DNA from: a bacterium
GTDB lineage: Bacteria; Patescibacteriota; Minisyncoccia; JAHIHE01; JAGLIN01
Assembly: GCA_030638825.1 (NCBI GenBank)
Contig: DAOWDU010000031.1
Span: forward strand, 4,206-68,205
Length of the DNA stretch: 64,000 nucleotides
Reading direction: 5' to 3'
The position numbers and the translations under genes are program-made. Below the pieces are notes generated by a model. It was not told where the DNA came from, searched no databases, and worked only from the letters and a program-made list of their open reading frames with translations. Below are positions 59,123-64,000 of the stretch, one piece after another (position 1 is the first letter of the stretch; every line of letters starts with the position of its first letter).

Positions 59123-60328
59123 GAAAACAAGCTTCTTTATTTTCTCTCTAAAAACATCCTCTGAAAACTTCTCCGCCTGTTTCTTAATTTTTTCAGCATC
59201 ATAGTTATTATAATTATTTTTCATTCTCCTCACGCCGTCCGCTAAGATTTCGGGGATTGGATCGTCAAAAAATTCTCCTGTTTTTCCTTCAATTACTGTT
59301 TCTAAAACGCCTCCTTTTCTATACGCCAAAACTGGTTTGCCAAAAGACATTGCTTCAATTGGCGTTATTCCAAAATCATCTTCTCCCGGAAAAATAAACG
59401 CGTAACAATTTTCATAATATTGCGCGAGTTTTTCTTCTGGTTGAAATCCAAGAAATTTAATGTTCTTATTCGCTATTTTCTCAAGTCTTTTTTTATCTTC
59501 GCCCTCCCCAATGATCACAAGCGGCAATTCCAGTTTATTAAACGCTTCAATCGCAATATCTATTTTTTTATAAGGACTAAGACGAGAGACTACCAGGAAA
59601 TAACTATTATTATCTGTCATTGCGAGAAAGCCCGATTGAGCGTAGCGAAGAGAAGGCGACGAAGCAATCCCATGATTAAATTCATCGCGCGTAGTTGCGG
59701 GATTGCTTCGTCGCTCTGCGGAGCTCCTCGCAATGACAGTGTTCGTCGGCGGATAAATCACTTCACTCTCTCTTCCATAAAACTTCTTAATCCTCTTCGC
59801 GGTATGCTCTGAATTGGCGATGAAATAATCAACTCGCTCTGAAGCTGATTTGTCCCACATTCTTAAATAATGTAAAAACGGCAAAATAATTATTTTTTTA
59901 ATTCCGTTGATTTTATTTTCCTCAAGATAATTATAATACCAATCCCAAAGAAATCTGGTCGGAGTGTGGCAATAGCAAATGTGAACCGCTTTTGGTTTGG
60001 TAATTACTCCTTTCACAAATGAACTTGAAATGGAAATAACAACATCAAAATCCCTCAAATCAAAAGTCTCCGCCGCAGTCGGCATAAATGGCAATAGATA
60101 CTTTTTTCGCTTTTTTATAAACTTAGGCAACCTATTTAAAAACGAACTTCTTATTTTCGCACCAGGAAAATACTTCTTCATTTTTTTCTCATCATACAAC
60201 AAAGTATAAATCGGCGCGTCTGGATATAATTTATGCAACGACATCAAAACCCTTTCGGCTCCACCGAAGTAAGTTAAAAAGTCGTGAACAATCGCTATTT
60301 TTGGTTTTTGGGATGAGGGGGTTGACAT
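59078..60328 (-). CDS. Glycosyltransferase family 4 with an in-frame family A element
   Basis: HDFL...GGAERV, SRLSPYKK, EDDFGITPIEAM. Confidence 0.92.
   Translation of the reverse strand: MSTPSSQKPKIAIVHDFLTYFGGAERVLMSLHKLYPDAPIYTLLYDEKKMKKYFPGAKIRSSFLNRLPKFIKKRKKYLLPFMPTAAETFDLRDFDVVISISSSFVKGVITKPKAVHICYCHTPTRFLWDWYYNYLEENKINGIKKIIILPFLHYLRMWDKSASERVDYFIANSEHTAKRIKKFYGRESEVIYPPTNTVIARSSAERRSNPATTRDEFNHGIASSPSLRYAQSGFLAMTDNNSYFLVVSRLSPYKKIDIAIEAFNKLELPLVIIGEGEDKKRLEKIANKNIKFLGFQPEEKLAQYYENCYAFIFPGEDDFGITPIEAMSFGKPVLAYRKGGVLETVIEGKTGEFFDDPIPEILADGVRRMKNNYNNYDAEKIKKQAEKFSEDVFREKIKKLVFCHSRGGGNPVNLNG
59614..59739. repeat. Family A element in-frame in GT4 (126 nt)
   Basis: Encodes VIARSSAERRSNP...GIASSPSLRYAQSGFLAMT. 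Confidence 0.92.
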
Positions 60329-60595
60329 AGTTTAAATTTATACTAAACTGGTAATATTGTAGGCAGAAATATTAATTACAGGAGATGAGAATATTAGTGG
60401 TGGAGATACTAAGGAAGTAAAGATAGAAGTAGCAGGTGTTGTAAGTCCGCATAGATATGCAGATAAGATGAGGGCTTTTCATCAATTAGAGGCACAAATG
60501 CGAAAAGATCTGCAAAAAAAGAAATAATTTAGGCGTCAATTTTAACAGAAGTTGAGATTGCTCTGCCTATTTTTTTTATTTATTTTCTTTTTAGA

Positions 60596-60645
60596 TTGAT
60601 GAAATTGTAGGGGCGGATCACGACCCGCCCCTGCAATTTCATCAA
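60596..60645. repeat. GTAG-type REP-like hairpin
   Basis: ttgatgaaattgtaggggcggatcacgacccgcccctgcaatttcatcaa. Confidence 0.7.
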
Positions 60646-61778
60646 TTCAACAACACTCCCATCGTCTCCCGCGCGCACTTCTCCCAACTAAATCTCCCAA
60701 CATTCTCAAATCCCCTTTCAATCATTTTATTTCTCAAATCATCATCATTAAAAACTTTACTCATCGCCTCAGAAATTTCTTGAATATTATTTGGATCAAT
60801 TAATAAAGCAGCACCCCCTGCCACTTCTGGCAAAGATGAAGTATTAGAACAAACCACAGGAACGCCATAACTCATCGCTTCTAAAACTGGCAAACCAAAT
60901 CCTTCGTAAAAAGATGGTAAAATAAATAAATCAGCATTTTGATATAACTCTTCTTTTTCTGATTCGGAAATATAATCTTTTAAAATAATATCTTTTTTAA
61001 ACTGCGATTCCTGAATTGTAGTTTTTATTTCCTCAAAACCAAATCCAGCTTTTCCAACTAAAATCAATTGCGAAGGCGACATTCCGGAATGTCGCCTTCG
61101 CAATTGATTTTTAAACAATTCAAACGCTTTGACTAAATTTACAATATTCTTCCTCTTCTCTAACCTTCCTAAAAATAAAACATTAAATTCTATTTTTGGA
61201 GTAAGGGCTTCAGCCCGAATTTGTACTAAATTATTTTGTTTCACTTTCGGGCTGAAGCCCTTACTCCAATTACTGTTTACCCCATGATAAACAACATTTA
61301 TTTTCCCCTCCTCAACTCCATAAAACTTAATCAAATCTTTTTTAGTATTCTCCGATGGGACAATAATTTTGCTTGCTAATTTTATTGAAAGTTTAGTATT
61401 AATTTCTAAAATCATTCTCTCTTTAAGAGAATAGCATTCGGGAAAATATTTATATTCCAAACCGTGGATTGTTACGACAGTTTTGGACGGATGGACTTGA
61501 GGAACAGCGTAAGCTGGAACAAACAAAACATCTGGTTTATTTTTCATCATTTCAGACGCCAACCCAATCTGCGTCCAGAATTTATTTGGAGAAATAATTT
61601 TCAATTTAAAATTACTTGGTAAATCAAAATCTATGACCAGATTTTTTCTTGCATATAAAAAAATCTGATGGCTTTTTAAATCCATCATCGCTAAATTCTT
61701 AATCAACTGATAAGAATATTCTTCTATCCCAGTTTTTTCTTTTTCAAACGCTCGTGAAGCGTCAATACCGATGTTCAT
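60642..61778 (-). CDS. Glycosyltransferase family 4 with two in-frame palindromes
   Basis: MNIGIDAS, TGIEEY, GRLEKRKN, YEGFGLPVLEAM, FSWEKCA. Confidence 0.93.
   Translation of the reverse strand: MNIGIDASRAFEKEKTGIEEYSYQLIKNLAMMDLKSHQIFLYARKNLVIDFDLPSNFKLKIISPNKFWTQIGLASEMMKNKPDVLFVPAYAVPQVHPSKTVVTIHGLEYKYFPECYSLKERMILEINTKLSIKLASKIIVPSENTKKDLIKFYGVEEGKINVVYHGVNSNWSKGFSPKVKQNNLVQIRAEALTPKIEFNVLFLGRLEKRKNIVNLVKAFELFKNQLRRRHSGMSPSQLILVGKAGFGFEEIKTTIQESQFKKDIILKDYISESEKEELYQNADLFILPSFYEGFGLPVLEAMSYGVPVVCSNTSSLPEVAGGAALLIDPNNIQEISEAMSKVFNDDDLRNKMIERGFENVGRFSWEKCARETMGVLLN
61060..61111. repeat. Perfect 52-nt palindrome inside GT4
   Basis: aaaatcaattgcgaaggcgacattcc|ggaatgtcgccttcgcaattgatttt. 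Confidence 0.88.
61196..61269. repeat. Family D element in-frame in GT4
   Basis: ttggagtaagggcttcagcccgaa...ttcgggctgaagcccttactccaa. Confidence 0.9.
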
Positions 61779-61797
61779 TTTAGTTGGAATTAAAGAT

Positions 61798-61938
61798 TGT
61801 CATTGCGAGGAGCCTGAGTGAGCGTAGCGAACGAGAAGGCGACGAAGCAATCCCGCAACTATGCACAACGAATTTAATCACGGGATTGCTTCGTCGCCAT
61901 TTCACTCACTGCGTTCGTTCAGGCTTCTCGCAATGACA
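61798..61938. repeat. Palindromic element family A
   Basis: Full copy after mreB. Confidence 0.9.
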
Positions 61939-61947
61939 GTGAAATAC

Positions 61948-62955
61948 TCACTTTCCTGAAATAACGCTCCTCTTATACAAATCTAAATCATCCAAAACTT
62001 TACCGGTTCCTTTCGCAACACATAGCAATGGATCGTCCGCGACATAGCACGGAACACCCGTCGCTTGCGACAATAGTTTGTCTAAATTTTTCAAAAGCGC
62101 GCCGCCGCCGCTTAAAACCATTCCGCGATCAATAACATCCGAAGATAATTCTGGCGGTGTATTTTGCAGGACATTTTTTACGGCTTTGATTATTTCCTGA
62201 AGCTCATCTTGAATCGCCTCAGTGATTTCGTTTGCAGTTATCTTTATCGTCTTCGGCAATCCCGAAACCAAATCTCTCCCCCTTACTTCCATAAAATTAT
62301 CTTCATCTGAAATAATCGCGCTGCCAATTTTTATTTTTATTTCTTCCGCGTTTCTATCTCCGATAATTATTCCATGTTTTTTTCTAACAAATTCAGAAAT
62401 CGCTTTATCTAATTTATCTCCGCCAACTCTAACTGAAGAAAAAGACACAATTCCTCCCAAAGAAATAACAGCGACTTCTGAAGTTCCTCCTCCAATATCT
62501 ATAATCATATTGCCAAAAGGCGTATTTATCGGAATTCCAGCCCCAATCGCAGCCAAAATTGGCTCTTTGACAACATAGGCGTTTTTTGCGCCAGCTTGTA
62601 TGGTAGCGTCAATTACTGCCCTTCTTTCTGTTGAGGTAATTCCAGCAGGAACAGAAACTATAACTTCAGGTTTAAAGAATCGGATTTTTCCACTCACTTT
62701 GTTTATAAAATATCTCATCATTGCTTCCGTAACTTTATAATCAGCAATGACACCATCTTTCACGGGACGGCTCGCGGAGATGCTTTCTGGAGTTTTTCCC
62801 AACATTTCTTTTGCTTTATTTCCAACCGCCAAAATTTTATTATCTTCAATAGATACCGCAATAACAGATGGTTCATTTATGACAACACCTTTTTGGGGCA
62901 AAAAAACCAAGATATTAGCAGTTCCAAGATCTATTCCTATTTTTCTTACAAACAT
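61948..62955 (-). CDS. mreB: Rod shape-determining protein MreB
   Basis: GIDLGTAN, EPSV, DIGGGTSE, GGGALL. Confidence 0.97.
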   Translation of the reverse strand: MFVRKIGIDLGTANILVFLPQKGVVINEPSVIAVSIEDNKILAVGNKAKEMLGKTPESISASRPVKDGVIADYKVTEAMMRYFINKVSGKIRFFKPEVIVSVPAGITSTERRAVIDATIQAGAKNAYVVKEPILAAIGAGIPINTPFGNMIIDIGGGTSEVAVISLGGIVSFSSVRVGGDKLDKAISEFVRKKHGIIIGDRNAEEIKIKIGSAIISDEDNFMEVRGRDLVSGLPKTIKITANEITEAIQDELQEIIKAVKNVLQNTPPELSSDVIDRGMVLSGGGALLKNLDKLLSQATGVPCYVADDPLLCVAKGTGKVLDDLDLYKRSVISGK

Positions 62956-63026
62956 AAATTTTGATTAATAACTTACTTTATTCTATCTTATTTGCATTAA
63001 TTGTCAATTTAAATTATGATGATTAT

Positions 63027-64000
63027 ATGATAAATAAAAAATTCAAAATCTATTTATATCTTTGCATAGCAATATTTTTTATTCTGCTCGTCGTTGTTTT
63101 ATTTTATAGTTTTGGCTATAGATATGATATAAAAGAAAGAGAGACAATCCAAACAGGAGCGATTGTAATAAAATCTACTCCAGAAGATGCTGATATTTAT
63201 CTTGACGATAATCTTTTTGAGAATAATAATACTTTAAATAATTTACTTACTGGTTATATTAAAATTGAAAATCTAAACAGCGGCGAATATAATATTAAAA
63301 TAAAAAAAGATGGACATTTTAACTGGGAAAAAAATATAACTGTCAACGGCGGATATATAACTGAACTTAAAAATATTGTTCTTTTAAAAAATGCCTACAA
63401 GAAAAATATTTTGCTGGATAATTTAATAACGGATTTAGATAAAAAAACTATTTGGGTTAGCAATGGGAAAAATAAAATTATTTATAAAGATGAAAATAAT
63501 CTAAATTTATTTGATATTAATTCAAAATCAAAAGATGACGAAATAAAAATAATCGCAAATTTTGACAATGCAATAAACGAGATTATCTGGTCAAATGATG
63601 ATCTAAAAATAATCGCGAAGATAAGCGAAAATAATGAGTTTAGCTGGTATCTAATTGACCTTGAAAATAAAAATAAAATATCTGAGATTAGTTTTATTTT
63701 TAATGAGATTTCAGAAGTTAAGAATAAATACAACTTTGATTTTAATAAATCTTTGTTTTATTTAAAAAACAACACGCTCTACGAATTTGATTACAAGAAA
63801 TTAGTTTCGAAAAGAGTGCTTCAGAATATGTCTAGCTTTTTAGTTCACGGGGATTATTTGTATTATTTTAAAAAAGATGATTCTATTTTATATGTTAGCG
63901 ATTTAGATAATTTATCAAAAGCAAAAACTGTTTCAACAATGCCAGACGATTTTGACACGCAGTCGCCAGCGAGAATAATAAAATCAAGTGACAACGCTTT
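63027..64000 (+). CDS. PEGA-domain membrane-anchored protein, 3' truncated (absent from the ORF track)
   Basis: MINKKFKIYLYLCIAIFFILLVVVLFYSFGYRY...TGAIVIKSTPEDADIYLD...GEYNIKIKKDGHFNWEK. Confidence 0.8.
   Translation, partial: MINKKFKIYLYLCIAIFFILLVVVLFYSFGYRYDIKERETIQTGAIVIKSTPEDADIYLDDNLFENNNTLNNLLTGYIKIENLNSGEYNIKIKKDGHFNWEKNITVNGGYITELKNIVLLKNAYKKNILLDNLITDLDKKTIWVSNGKNKIIYKDENNLNLFDINSKSKDDEIKIIANFDNAINEIIWSNDDLKIIAKISENNEFSWYLIDLENKNKISEISFIFNEISEVKNKYNFDFNKSLFYLKNNTLYEFDYKKLVSKRVLQNMSSFLVHGDYLYYFKKDDSILYVSDLDNLSKAKTVSTMPDDFDTQSPARIIKSSDNA

Overview
AT-rich bacterial genomic DNA in the standard genetic code. It is most consistent with Patescibacteria (CPR, Parcubacteria-like): rpmD/L30 is missing, AlaRS is short, typical CPR hypotheticals are present, and most genes lack a Shine-Dalgarno. 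The core content is galT, yqgF, map, adk, gmk, secY, the spc and S10 ribosomal clusters, tuf, dut, fusA and alaS (minus strand), then a full F0F1 atp operon and prmC (plus strand). These are followed by cell-envelope genes (lytic transglycosylase, murE, GldA/F/G-like ABC, NlpC/P60, two GT4 enzymes, mreB), rplY, rmuC and an MNT-HEPN pair. Four things stand out. (1) A family of small expression cassettes is inserted between core genes. Their architecture is sigma70 promoter, 5' hairpin, rRNA-type boxA (GTTCTTTGAAAA), an inverted-repeat arm, a strong (G)GAGGTGA-type SD, an orphan ORF, and a complementary arm. Two antisense copies in the atp operon share homologous flanks but carry unrelated cargo. 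(2) About ten families of palindromic REP/RPE-like elements occur, several inserted in-frame in housekeeping proteins (PrmC, two GT4s, NlpC/P60). (3) A cobalamin riboswitch precedes a secreted transcobalamin-like protein. (4) There are archaeal-looking secreted proteins (PKD plus a PGF-CTERM-like tail) and a histone H1-like protein. No rRNA, tRNA, CRISPR array or transposase was recognised. All calls were made by eye, and repeat coordinates may be off by a few bases.
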